Shown: one piece after another, positions 1 through 11,884 of the stretch | How the letters are laid out: each line of letters begins with the position of its first letter | How positions within the stretch are numbered: position 1 is the first letter of the stretch | Source of the DNA: Lama glama | Taxonomy: Eukaryota | Direction: 5' to 3' | Assembly (NCBI GenBank): GCA_028534125.1 | Contig: CM052817.1 | Location: 13,208,001 to 13,272,000 of the forward strand | Length of the DNA stretch: 64,000 nt | Program-made: the position numbers and the translations under genes | The notes under the pieces: model-generated | The model's database searches: none | What the model was told of the DNA's origin: nothing | Seen by the model: only the letters and a program-made list of their open reading frames with translations

Positions 1-897
1 CCAGGTGAGGCACACGGCTCTTCATAGGAAGATGTGTGGGAATGTACTGCAGATATACTGTCTGCTGTTCTCACGCTGAAGATCATGAGTCTTGAAATGT
101 GGGCTCAGGTGGCCATTCTCAGACTTCGAGTGCCCCTAAGTGGCCATCACAGAAAATACAGCCTTTGACAACTCTGGGACTGTCCTTTCAGCGAACAGCC
201 AGACTTGTCTTTGGGTTTCTGGCCTCGCTTCTCCTGCGCTCTGCATCCTATTTTTTTGTTAAACAAGGGCTCCAAGTACTTGAATTTGACCCTGCTAACA
301 GAAGGGCGTTTGTGCAGCATTAGCATTAAGCAGGAAATCGCTGACAGCCGAAGTGGCCGTGTGTCCTGCTCCCCACCTAGGAGCCCACTTTGACCCTTCT
401 CCCCGCAGCTGTCGGATCAGATTGGGACTAGCTTTGGCCCTACACCCGCTGGCCCATGGATCTGCCTCTCTTTTCCCTCATGTTCACAGAGCTTTGTGTC
501 TTAGAAACAAGTCCGTTTGTTCTGGTTTTGTTCTGAGATGTCAGGTCATTCAGCGGCACAGATGGACATCTGATTTCTACTCTCTTTTGGAGGAACTTCA
601 TGGGGAGCGGGCTGCCTGCAGACACGTGAAGTTTGTGCACATTTATTGGACACAGGGAGGTATTTTTAGTAAAGGAAAAATAGTAACTCAATAATGTTTT
701 TAAGACTTATCCTTAGTGGGAGATTATTGGATCCTCTGTTTCATAATCAAGGCAGAAATTCTTTTTCCACGTGTCTCCCATGAAGTCCCATATGCCACCC
801 TAATTTTCTAAAGGTTAAAAAAATGGCCTCTAATTTCAGTCATTAGTTGATATTTTGAAAGATACAGTCTTTCCTAGTGGAAATTTTGGTCTGTTTC

Positions 898-1400
898 CAT
901 ATTCAGCAAATATTTACGGAGGGACCTATTACATGCCAACATGATCAGCATAAACAAGATGAAGAGGTTCCTATTTTCATGACACATGTTCTATAGAAGA
1001 GAACTAGAATGAGTAAATAAGTGAATAAGTTCTAAAAAATCAATGAGATCATTTCAGATGGCAATGAGAAATATGAAGGAAATAAAACAGGTTCTTTGGT
1101 TGGAGAATGATCGGGAGGAGAGAAGAGCCATTTCAGATGAAAGAGTCAAGGAAAGCTTCTCTGATCAGAATAGGACCTTTGAGCCTGGTTGTCAGTGCAG
1201 AGCGTGAACCCTGGGCTGGACGGCATGGGGGACTGAGAGACCAGACGATGCAGAATCCCAGCCACACAGATGTATTTTGATGCATCTGAAGAACAGAAAG
1301 AAGATCCGTGAGAGAAGAGAGTAGTGAGAGTGGCGTTGCTTGGTGAGGAGGGGCCGTGTGTGTGGATTCAGTCTGCAGCGGCCATCGCTGGAAAGGGCGA
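898..1400 (-). mobile_element. Degenerate L2 LINE 3' fragment
   Basis: Starts with the reverse complement of the L2 tail (attcagcaaatatttac...acctattacatgcca), followed by typical purine-rich L2 sequence. Boundaries approximate. Confidence 0.6.
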
Positions 1401-4400
1401 TAACAAATTACATTTCCGTGTAGACTTCTAAAGAAAAACTAAAACTCAATTAATGGGGAGGGTTATGAGTTTTTTTAGTTGTATCGGACATAGGATGTTG
1501 GTTAGATCACAGTGAAGCAACCACCAGCCAAGCAGTGGAGGGAGTGCAGAATAGGAATGACTGGTTTTACATCCGTTTACAATTTCTCAAAGCTCTTGTT
1601 TTTCTCTTGTTGTTTTCCCCCTCACATTTCCTTTATGAACACACCTCAGTTTTGGGGATTTAGATAGCGTCTCACAAGCTAATCTGCTGCAGAGTCACAT
1701 GCTCCTGCTCCGCTGCATTCGGTCCCAGCGCGAGGAGTTGCGGTCGTGCCTCCGTCTTCCTGGAGGGACGTCGTGAGAAGCTGCTGTGGCGCTTACTCTC
1801 CTGTTTATGCAGAAACGTGTCTGAGGACATTAGGCACCGTCTCAGCACGTGACGGCTCACGTAGACGTATCCCCTGCTGCAGCACTGGGGAAAATAAATG
1901 TGTGTTTCCTGGATAGCTGGGCTGCTTTTAATCTCAAAGACGGGGCGTCTTTCCTCTTTGCCAGAAACACGGAATTAAGCCTGCTTCTTACCTAGGACAA
2001 GGGTTTCCATGAAGGAATACCTCGTCTCTCACCCTTCACCACAAGTTCCTCGTCTATTCCTGCATCCTCTGGTGTAAACTGCCTAAGATCCTTCTGCATC
2101 AGATACCAGAATGTATAGATACCATGAAGCTTGCTCCCTACCCGCTCCACCACCCTCAAGCCTGTATTCTCAAACTGCTGCTACCAGGCCCTCGGCACAT
2201 TCATTCGGCCTTGAATTTCCCGGAGCAGCAGGCCGTGGGTGAGAGTGTGTGTCCTTCCCTTCCCCCGTAGCCTGCAGCTCCTTCCCTGCCCCCATGCACC
2301 CGCCGTGGACACACACACACCAACACAGGACACACACTGACTCTTTCTCATGTGCCGAGAGACTGTCCGGGAGAAACCCAACCTGCTATGTCTTGACAGA
2401 CTCCATTGGCTACTAAAGATGATTAATAAATCAAATATAAGCACTTCGTACTTGGAATCTGTTAGGTTGACGCTCTTGTATCCTTACCTGGGGAATCTAC
2501 ACTTTTCTCTTGTTGGTAATATTTTTTCTCAGACCCCAGAAAGATGTTAAAGAGGGAACTTTCCTCTAAAACACACCGTAATCTCTTCAAGATCATTTCT
2601 GAAACAACCCTTTCCTGTGCTAGCAAGAAAAAATAATGCAGGGGGAGAGATGCTATTTTATTAAGGTTAAAAAGTTGCCTATAATGCCAAGGGCTTAAAT
2701 GGGGCTAGGAAGACCGGGTCCTTGGAGACAGCATCCTACCTCTATGTTTACAGCAAATATTTGGTTTTTTCTAAGACAGAGCAGCCATTCCAGAGCCGCC
2801 TGCCTGGCAGAAACAGAGCAGGAAGGGCCAAGCACATCTTTTTACGGAAGTCAGATAAATTTCATGCTCTCTAACATCGCCTCTGACTGCAGGCCTCTCA
2901 CCGCAGTCTGGCTCCTTCCCCAGTGGGAACAAAAGAGGAAAAGTGATTAAAGTTCTCTCAGTAATAGGCAGCAGGAGGCAGTGGTCTTGGCGTCTTCTAC
3001 AGAGGCAGGGAGAGTCCTTTAACAAGACTTGTGAGAGCTCTTTGAAGCAGAGCAGTTGAGACTCACAGGGCTGGTAGAGGTCTGTCGAAACATTTGTTCA
3101 TTTCCTCTGCTTCGTGTGGCTGCTTTGACTTCCTGTAACAGCGTCACCCTCTTCATTAAAATGTTTGAGATAAAAGAAGGAAAGTGAAGTTGAGCTCCTA
3201 GCGGGGCCAGGGTTCACCGTGCTCTGCTGTGTGAGTAGGAGTGTTCAGAACTTGACTTCTGTGCGGCTTTCAAAGAGATAAAGATGATCGCCAAATCCAG
3301 TGTGTGTGTATGTCTGTCTGTGTGTGTCTGTGTGAAAATGACAGAGAGAGCAAGAGCGTATGAATGAAGGAATGGATGCATGAGGACAGGAGAGGGTTTT
3401 CTCACTACGCTTAGGTGGCCCAGGATTTTGGATGGCCAGAATTGTCTTTGCCTCGGTCCAGTGAACTGACTAGAGGACCAAACCCCTGGACCTTTCTCTC
3501 TCTTTAAAAAGAAAGGGGAGGGAAAAAAAAGGTTTGCAATCAGTATTCAGACATTCTTATAACTAATAGGATTAGGGGCGGTACAAAGGGATTTGAACAA
3601 GATAATTAGTTTACTGCTTAGTCGACAGTGGAGCAAGCAAAATCCTTCTGAGAAAAGGCAGACAAAATAGGTCAGAAACTGTGTGGGAAATGAGGTAAGA
3701 TCTCGCGACGCGGACCCTGACCGACTTGAACATTGTGAAAGGGCTGAAGAGCCTTCATTCACTGCGGCGGACTGTGTGCCTTTTCTTCTTTTTTTTTTCC
3801 CCTCAACTTGGCCACCAGAGGTGTGAAGAGAAGTGACTTAGAGTTAACGGGTCTGTCCTAAGTGCATAAATGCTGCCTTCAAAGGACTTCTCACCGTGTG
3901 ATATGAAGGGAATATTTTGGAAAATCTGCCCTTATCAGGCATTTTACAAGCTAGAAAAAAATTATACAATTAGGAGAACACTTTAAAAAAAAATCCTTGA
4001 TGTTCTTGAATAGATTCATTACTTTAATTTCCAAAAAAAACCCTTGTGAACAGAAACGTGAGGGGCGTGTTCTATGCTTAATTAAAGTGTTTGTTTGAGT
4101 ATGTGGGCTCTAATTTGGACCGTTTTGGCTGTGATAAAATATACTTAAGAAGAACCCATAGTTTTTTTTTTTTAATTACAAAAAGTAATTTTTTTTTCTT
4201 TTTTAACTACATTGCATTCTCTTACCTCTTCCCCATCCTCTTAAAAAGCCATGTTACCTATGGTACTATTGCTGCCTGTGAATTAAAGAATATTTCCAAA
4301 ATAATCGTGGGGAAAAAAAGCCTTCAACGCATCTTTGTGTGTGGACACCATATACTTTATTTGGTTAGCTGCTGAATCAGCCACCACCGGCCAGATCAAA

Positions 4401-5589
4401 ACCAGTGGGAGTTGTCAGAAAGCCTTTTGGCCTGGTGCTGGCACAGCCTTGACTTAAGGCCGACAGAGGAAAGAGCAGGCATTTCTGCCCAGTGACCCAT
4501 CCAGGGGCTCCACGGAGGTGGAACTTTCATTATCTATCCAGAGGTGAAAGAAAGGCAGTTTGACAAAAGAATTTGTTGGACAAGGAAAGCAATTAAACCC
4601 CCTTAATGACACGTTGTTTAAATACGACCTGATAATTAACGTAAATAAAGAAGCCCAAATATGTGTTTTTATATTCCCAGCAATTGGTTTGTTTATAGTC
4701 CTTTCTCCTGTTTAGACGAAATACGTTGTATATTCTTTTCATGTCAAAGTAAAACCGCCATGTCATGTCCCCCTCTCAGTGTAGGAAGCTGTTTCTGCCA
4801 TCATATCATCATTCTTGGTTTAATTTTAGGATTCAGTGTGAAATTAATCTCCCAGAAAAAGAGCAATAATGCAGAGCCACGTTACATGGTTGATGAGCGA
4901 GTTACTCTCTGAACAAGGATACCCAACTGGCTAGTGGGTTTTTAACTGCAGGTTTCCGGGCAGAAGGATTGCCTTCGTTATTTATCTATAATTTGTCTGC
5001 CTCTTTCTAATTTATTCAAAAGTGCTCTGTACACGATGATAGAGTTTAATGATTAGTACTCATCTTTAATTACTGTGAGTGATACATGTGTTTGGAGGGT
5101 AAAATTCCTTGGATAACTAATTCTGACCGAAAATCAATATGTCAATAGATAGTTTCAGAAAAAAGTTCTCTTAAACTGCACTTAGTAAGGACTTAGGCTG
5201 TCAAATACTTACCTAACACTTAATTTGAATTAGAAGAGTTACAGACTCTCTTGTGTCTACTGCTCTGTGTTTTGGACTTGGAGAAATATCAACAGGAGAA
5301 ATAACAGGGTTCCTGAGTTCCGGAGGATAGCCCTCTGGTGAAGGCAGATTCTGGCTCTGAAGCAAGGGCACTGAGGGATGCAGGCAGAGGGGTGGGAGGG
5401 CGCGGAGTCGGGGGAGGAGGGTGGAGGAAAGAATGGCTCTTACAGGACATGAGATTTCAGCTCATTGGACTTCAACATTAAAATAAGAAAAAAGACTTAT
5501 ATCTTGGGATGGTGGATCTGAACCTTGGGAAAATGCTGAGTGGTGGTGAGGGGAAGGCATGTTCAATAATGGATTGGACTGGATCACAG

Positions 5590-5945
5590 ATGTATGGAAT
5601 GTGGTGGGATATAAGTGAGAAGATAGGATGGAATAATTAGAGGAGGAACTTTCTTATCAGGTCGTTACTCTGTTTGCATTAGAGATCCACTCAACAGACT
5701 TAGAGAAAGAGGTGATTAAATGAGGTTCACGTTAAAATAAAGAAGTGATGGCACAATCTGCTAGTTGCTTTGATTTTGGGAGGGGTGCTGACGGGTGGAG
5801 ATTTGAAGGAGTAAATTGGAGCTAGAAAGTCTGTTTTTAGGAAGCTAATATTACAGTTAAGGTGAAAAGTGTTAAGGCCTGGCCAAGAGTAATGGTGGTA
5901 GAAATAGAAAGAAGATTACAGATGCAAGGAACATTTTGAACTTAT
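5590..5945 (-). mobile_element. Degenerate L2 fragment
   Basis: L2-like motifs (ggaagctaatattacagt...aaggcctggccaagagtaatggtggtagaaatagaaagaag). Boundaries approximate. Confidence 0.45.
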
Positions 5946-6148
5946 TCAAATTCTAAAAATTGAGAACATATCGCTTATGGAGTTTTGTCTCCCGCATAAT
6001 CGCTTACCATAGCAAAATGAACATATCCTCATATTATTAATTATTCTTGGGATCGTTAACTTTAATTATTGTCTAATAGTACTGAACTATAATTTATATG
6101 TCCTGCCATATATATCATCTCATAGTAAGCATTCGAATCACAAAAATC

Positions 6149-7272
6149 CTGGACCTAATCAAACTTACAAGCTTTTGCACAGCAAAGGAAACCATAAACA
6201 AAGCAAAAAGACAACTTATGAACTTGGAGAAAATATTTGCAAACGATGTGACTGACAAATGCTTAATTTCCAGAATATATACATGTCTCATACACAACTC
6301 AATAACAAAAACCAAACAACCCAATCAAAAAATGGGCAGAAGACCTAAACAGATATTTCTCCAATGAAGACATACAGATGGCCAATAGGCACTTGAAAAG
6401 ATGCTCAATGTTGCTAATTATCAGAGAAATGCCAACCAAAACTACAATGAGGTATCACCTCACAATGACCAGAATGGCCATCATTAAAAAGTTCATAAAC
6501 AATAAATGCTGGAGAGGGTGTGAGGAAAAGGGAACTCTCCTGCACTGTTGTTAGAAATGTAATTTGGTGCAGCTGTTATGGAAAACATTATGGAGATTCT
6601 TTAAAAATCTAAGAATAGAGTTACCCTGTGATCGAGCAACCCCACTCCTGGGTGTATATCCAGAGAAAACTCCAATTCAAAAAGATACATGCACCCCAGT
6701 GTTCATAGCAGCACTCTTTACAATAGCCAAGGCATGGAAGCAACCTAAATGTCCATCGGCAGATGACTGGATAAAGAAGTTATGGTACACACACATACAT
6801 ACACACACACGATGGAATACTACTCAGTCATAAAAAAGAATGAAATAATGCCATTTGCAGCAACATGAATGGACCTGGAGATCATCATACTAAGTGAAGT
6901 AGGTCAGACAGAGAAAAGACAAATATCTTATGATATCACTTATATGTGGAATCTTAAAAAAATGATACAAAGGAACTTATTTATAAAACAGAAACAGACT
7001 CACAGACATAGAAAACAAACATGTTTACCAAAGGGGAAAGGGGTAGGGAAGGGATAAATTAGGAGTTTGGGGTTGGCAGATACAAACTATTATATGTAAA
7101 ATAGATAAACAGTAAGGATTTACTGTATAGCACAAGGAAGCACATTTACTATCTTGTAATAACCTGTAATGAAAAAGAACATATATATATATATGTGCAA
7201 TAACTGAATCACTGTGCTGTACACCAGAAACCAACATAACATTGTAAATCAACTATACTTCAATTTAAAAAA
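6149..7272 (+). mobile_element. 5'-truncated L1 (ORF2 C-terminus plus 3' UTR), artiodactyl/laurasiatherian type
   Basis: ORFs 6098-6367, 6564-6833 and 6869-7057 give L1 ORF2 peptides ([43 protein letters not shown]) broken by frameshifts. Ends caactatacttcaatttaaaaaa. Possible short TSD AAAAATC. Confidence 0.93.
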
Positions 7273-7695
7273 TCATTGAAGTTCTTCTGAAGTTGTGAGG
7301 CCTCATATTATAAACAGCCACTTTCCAGAGCAGAAGATTAAGTACTCAAATGAGCAAATGACCTCCCTGCACAAAACGTCCATTAGCTTCCCCAAAGTCA
7401 CACCACCTCTTAGAACAATCTAGGTAACAACTGTGTAATTGCTAAGGCAGTCAGTACTTCCATACGTGCACCTGGCCTCCTTCCTTCCATCATGTTTCCA
7501 TCCCTAGAACCCATCTTATGGAAAATCTGGAGTTGTCTCAGATGAGGCCCACGAGGTCATTTTTTTTTAATGGAATTTCCTGGATTCTGAGATACTCTGA
7601 ATCTCAAGACCACTGTAATATGAAATCTGCAAGCCTCTAATTTGATATTGAGAGCACCTTGCTCAGTGACAAAGTTTTGTGCTACTTTTCTGAAT

Positions 7696-7766
7696 ATTTG
7701 TCTTCTGATTTTAACATTTGTCTTCTGATGTTTTTAATTTTACTATTTGTCTTCTGATATTTCAAC
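7696..7766. repeat. Local tandem triplication of a 14-bp core ATTTGTCTTCTGAT
   Basis: Exact copies at 7696, 7716 and 7745. Confidence 0.85.
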
Positions 7767-7803
7767 ATGAAACGTTAAATTAATTAAAATTACTTGTTTA
7801 GAT

Positions 7804-7994
7804 CAGGGATCTGCAAACTACAGCCTACAAGGCAAATCCTGCCCTTTGACAGGTCTTGTAAGTAAAGTTTCATTGGAACACAACCACATCCATTTCTTAC
7901 TACAATCATAGAACTGTAACAGAAACCATATGACTTTGCACAGCCTAAAACATTTACTGTCTGGCCCTTTACAGAAGGAGTCTGCTGACCCTTG
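7804..7994 (+). mobile_element. MER58A-like hAT-Charlie MITE
   Basis: Terminal inverted repeats cagggatctgcaaac...gtctgctgacccttg, internal taaagtttcattggaacaca, and a perfect 8-bp TSD GTTTAGAT (7796-7803 and 7995-8002). Confidence 0.9.
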
Positions 7995-8234
7995 GTTTAG
8001 ATACAAAATAATTGTGTTGCACTGTTTCTTGATCAGCAATGCTTAAATTGATGAAAAACTGCTTTCTTTGTAAAAGAAGACAAAGTCTGAAAACTAGAGA
8101 GAATGTAAAATGCAAGCTATTGAATCACCTTAGGGTTAGCTACAAGGATTAAGGAGATAACATACATAAAACATTTAGAAAATCATCTGGAATACAGTAA
8201 ACGCTTAATAAATGTAACATTTTTGTCAAATTCA

Positions 8235-9302
8235 CTTCGTGACCTCATTCAGTTTCTTGAATTTAAATCCTCTGTGTACTCCCAAATTTGTATCTCTAGC
8301 CAGCCTCTGATCTCCAGAATCCATACTCGCGTCCCACTGCCTACCTTCCATCTCCATTTGGATGTCTGATTGGCAGAATCTCCATCTTACATGCAAATCT
8401 GAGTTCCTGGCCCTGCTTCCCAAACCAGCTGCTCCTTCTTATTTTCTCTTCTCAAGAATGGCATCTTCTACTTGCTCAAGTCAAGCAACCAGGGTCTTCC
8501 TTGACTGCCCTCTTGAACACCACTCCATATTCAGTCCTAAAGCAAATCCTGCTAATTCTACATTCAAAATAGATGCAGAGTCTTACCACAGCTCATCATC
8601 TCCACTGCTTGGCCCAAGCTGCCAACAACATTCACTCAGTTACCAGAATAACCTCTTAACTGCTTTTTTAGCTTCCACTTTACCTCCTTTCCTGTGATTT
8701 TCCAAACAGCAGCCTGAGTGATCCTGTTAAAACCTGCTAGACGATGTCATCTCTGCAGTGGTCTGTGTTGCCGTGGCCTCCTAGAAGCCGAGTGGCTTCA
8801 TCACGGGTCTTCTAGTCCCTACCTGATCTTGACTCCCATACTCTCTCCAAGAAGTCACCTCCCGCAACGCTCACCCTGCTCATCCTGCTCATCAACACTT
8901 GGCACCTTGCTGTTACCACAGTATGTCTGAATATTTCCACCTCAGGTCCTTTGCACTTGCTGCTCTCTCTGCCTGGCATGTTCTTCCCCCAGTTAGCCCC
9001 ACAGGTTGCTACCTCCTTCATATCCTTTTTGTAAATCTTTTTCAGATTTTATCAATGCAGGCAAGACTATATAAAATTTTATTCTTTAAACTCCTTACTT
9101 CATATTCCCCTTCCCTGCTCTATTTTTCTCCAGAGTTTCTTATCATCTGACATACTGTGTTGTTTACTTATCTGCTACTATCTGTCTTCTTTCACTAGGG
9201 TGTTAGCTCTGTGAGCGTTAAGTCTCATTTACAGCCATCATCCAGAAAGTAAAGTAGAAGTCTGCACAGGAAAGGTGCTTAATATATATTTGTTGGATGG
9301 AT
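8235..9302 (+). mobile_element. L2 LINE 3' region
   Basis: L2 hallmarks (cccaaatttgtatctctagcc, atctccatttggatgtct, ggtcctttgcacttgct), ending gtgcttaatatatatttgttggatg. Confidence 0.8.
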
Positions 9303-9431
9303 TATACTTTTCCTCATCATTTTCAAGGGTACCACTTACTGCATACTAACCATGTTAGACACAGTGCAGAGGTATTATTTCCATCCTACAGATGAGACCC
9401 ACAGAGGCTAAAATGTGTTGTTTGAGGCCAG

Positions 9432-9883
9432 TGCATTAGTTTGCTAGAACTGCTGTAGCAAAGGGTGACAAATGGGGTAGCTTAAACAGCAGAAATGTAT
9501 TGTCTCCCAGGGCTTTTGGCCTGAAGTGGCAGGTGTCAGCAGGGTTGGCTCTTTCCCAGGGCTGTGAGCAGGACTCAGTTCCATGGCTCTCACCATACTT
9601 TCTGGTGGTGACGTTCCTTGGCTTATTAAAGAATCACACCATCTCTGCCCTCTCTATGTGGCATTCTCCCTTCATGTACATCTGTCTTGGTGTTCAAATT
9701 TACCCTTTTTATAAGGACACCAGCCTTCTTGGTTTAGGGCCCACCTTCATGATCTCATTTTAAGTTGATGACCGACCTCTGTGAAAACCCTCTCTCCAAA
9801 TAAGGTCACATTCTGAGTGTCTGGGGTGGGGAGTTGGGACTTCAGCATATGAATTTGAGGGGAATACAATTCAACCGCTAATA
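9432..9883 (-). mobile_element. MLT1-family (ERVL-MaLR) solo LTR, apparently inserted into a MIR remnant
   Basis: tgcattagtttgctagaactgctgtagcaaa...gcttaaacagcagaaatgtattgtctc...ccaaataaggtcacattctgag...acaattcaacc matches the reverse MLT1 consensus. MIR-like sequence at ~9335-9430. Confidence 0.82.
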
Positions 9884-11586
9884 AATAACCACTCATTTCT
9901 TTAGTGAAGGGGCTTTGTTTCAAACTTGGATTACAACGCTCCCAATATACTAATATCTGAATCCATTTGTGTGGATTTAGTGATCGTTAGTAAGTGTTTG
10001 CTTTGTGCTGTGGACTCTGCTAGGAACTGTAGAAAAATGGAGTTCAGCCTCTGCCCTTGAGAAACACTGCAAAGCAGGAGAGAAAGATATGAAGTTAAGA
10101 CCTAGGACTCAAAAGCACCCAGAAAGGAGCTCACCTGCCATTTTTGAATGTACAGCATTTTCCATCTCTTAGGGTTCTTTGGCCAAAGTCTTCTAATGAA
10201 ATAGTTCCACCACTTAATTTAATTTTCAGTGAGCTTGCCAGAAGTGCAATTAATCGATAAAAGTCCCAACTATGAAAAGTTCGCTTTGAACAGCAGTCTG
10301 CCATATCTTTAAATACCATTAAATTCAATCATACGCTGGTCATTCTGGCAGAACATCTTGATATACTTGAAGAAACATAGTAGGGGAAATAAAAAAAATA
10401 TATATATATATTGTCAGAGCTACACTGTGGGGTTTCCAGATACAAATGTTAGCACGATGGGGTTAGGCCGATCCATCATTAGGCTGCATCTCCCTGGAGT
10501 TGAAACTACATCTGGGCTTGGCAAGGATGCATTATCACCAGCCAGAGTGCAAGCCTTGTCTCAGTCTCCCAAAGAAGATACATTGTCCTGTGTACCGTTA
10601 GGATTGGATATGCTTATGTTGCAGACTTTAAATCAATTTCTGAAACCTTTCTACAGATGTTGACTGCTGCAGGTTTGTAAATAGCATAGTATATTGTGAG
10701 CTTCAGCAGATGCGTACAGCCTCAGAAAGCACTGAAATATGGGCAAGAGAAAACAACACAAAGAGTAAAACAGGGGCCGCACAAAATCCACTGAAATGAT
10801 CTCATCGGTTTCGTGACGTCTGTTAAATAATATCACTGATGAAACTGAAGTTGCCGTTTTCTCAGGTGGATGCAGAGCCTTTGTGACTTAAATTCTAGAA
10901 GCTACTTTAGAACCCTTATTTGACATGGATTGGATTTGTCTGTAAAGTGCAGTGTACGCCAGCCGATATCGAGATAACTTCCGTTTCTTCTGTGTCTAAC
11001 TAAAATGCATTTTGTTAATTATACGCTAGTGTTTGGAGAAGTGGGTAGGCATGATTTTTAGCAAATTCACCAGTGAAGGAGTTAGGACGACCCGACAAAA
11101 CCAGGCCTTTACAAAGCACTTTAGTGTGTTTCTCTGCACATCTGAGCACAGGTTTTTCCCTGCAATCAAAATTGTACTCCACCCTGGACTAAAATATCTG
11201 ACTTGGAGTCGACAGGACTTTTTACCCAGGCCCGCAACAGGATTAATTGGAAATGGGAAGCTTCCATGTGAAAAAAAAAAAATCTTCTTAAACAACAAAC
11301 GCTTGGTTCCTAAACAGCAACTAATAAACAATGTGATTTTAATATGGACTTTGAATCCGCTCCTGGTGAACACCTGTGGTGGTCAGAGCAGCAGAGGGGG
11401 CGGCTGTGTCCTGGTCCAGCTCAGATCCTCTTCTTCTACAACCTGGATTTTATCTCATTCACTGATGCCCTTGTCACTAATATGTCTTGTGCTTCATGGA
11501 CAAGTGACCGTTTCCTTGCATCTTGATGTCTTTATACTTCTTGCAAAGAATTTACAATCTTTCATATAAATTTGGCACAAATGCAG

Positions 11587-11716
11587 AGGGTTTTTTTGGG
11601 TGGGGGGGTGGGGAGATAATTAGGTTGGTTATTTATTTATTTTCAGAGGAGGTACGGGGGATTAAACCCAGGACCTCTTGCATGCTTAGCATGCACTCTA
11701 GCTATACCTTCCCTCT
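11587..11716 (-). mobile_element. Camelid-type (Vic-1-like) tRNA-derived SINE
   Basis: Reverse strand reads gagggaaggtatagctagagtgcatgctaagcatgcaagaggtcctgggtttaatccc...tacctcc...aaataaataaataaccaacctaattatctcccc...aaaa. TSD CAAATGCAG at 11578-11586 and 11717-11725, followed by TTTT/AA. Confidence 0.85.
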
Positions 11717-11833
11717 CAAATGCAGTTTTAATACAGCCAGCAGCATGGTTTGCTTGCTTCCTATGTGCACTCGCTGTGAAATGATAGTGGCACTGGTAAC
11801 GGAGGCCCCTGCTGCCTTGTCCAAACATACACT

Positions 11834-11884
11834 TTCATTCATTCATTCATTCATTCATTCATTTATTCACTCACTCACTCATTC
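11834..11884. repeat. (TTCA)n/(CTCA)n tetranucleotide repeat
   Basis: ttcattcattcattcattcattcatttattcactcactcactcattc; may derive from an L2 tail. Confidence 0.85.

Noticed and set aside
6098..7057. Reverse-transcriptase-family ORFs as an active retroelement
   Set aside because: 5'-truncated and frameshifted L1 ORF2 C-terminus; not autonomous.
7696..7766. CRISPR-like repeat-spacer pattern
   Set aside because: Only three 14-bp copies with short related spacers in a mammalian intron; a simple tandem duplication.
11640..11716. tRNA gene
   Set aside because: tRNA-like head with a damaged A box, SINE tail and TSD; it is a SINE.
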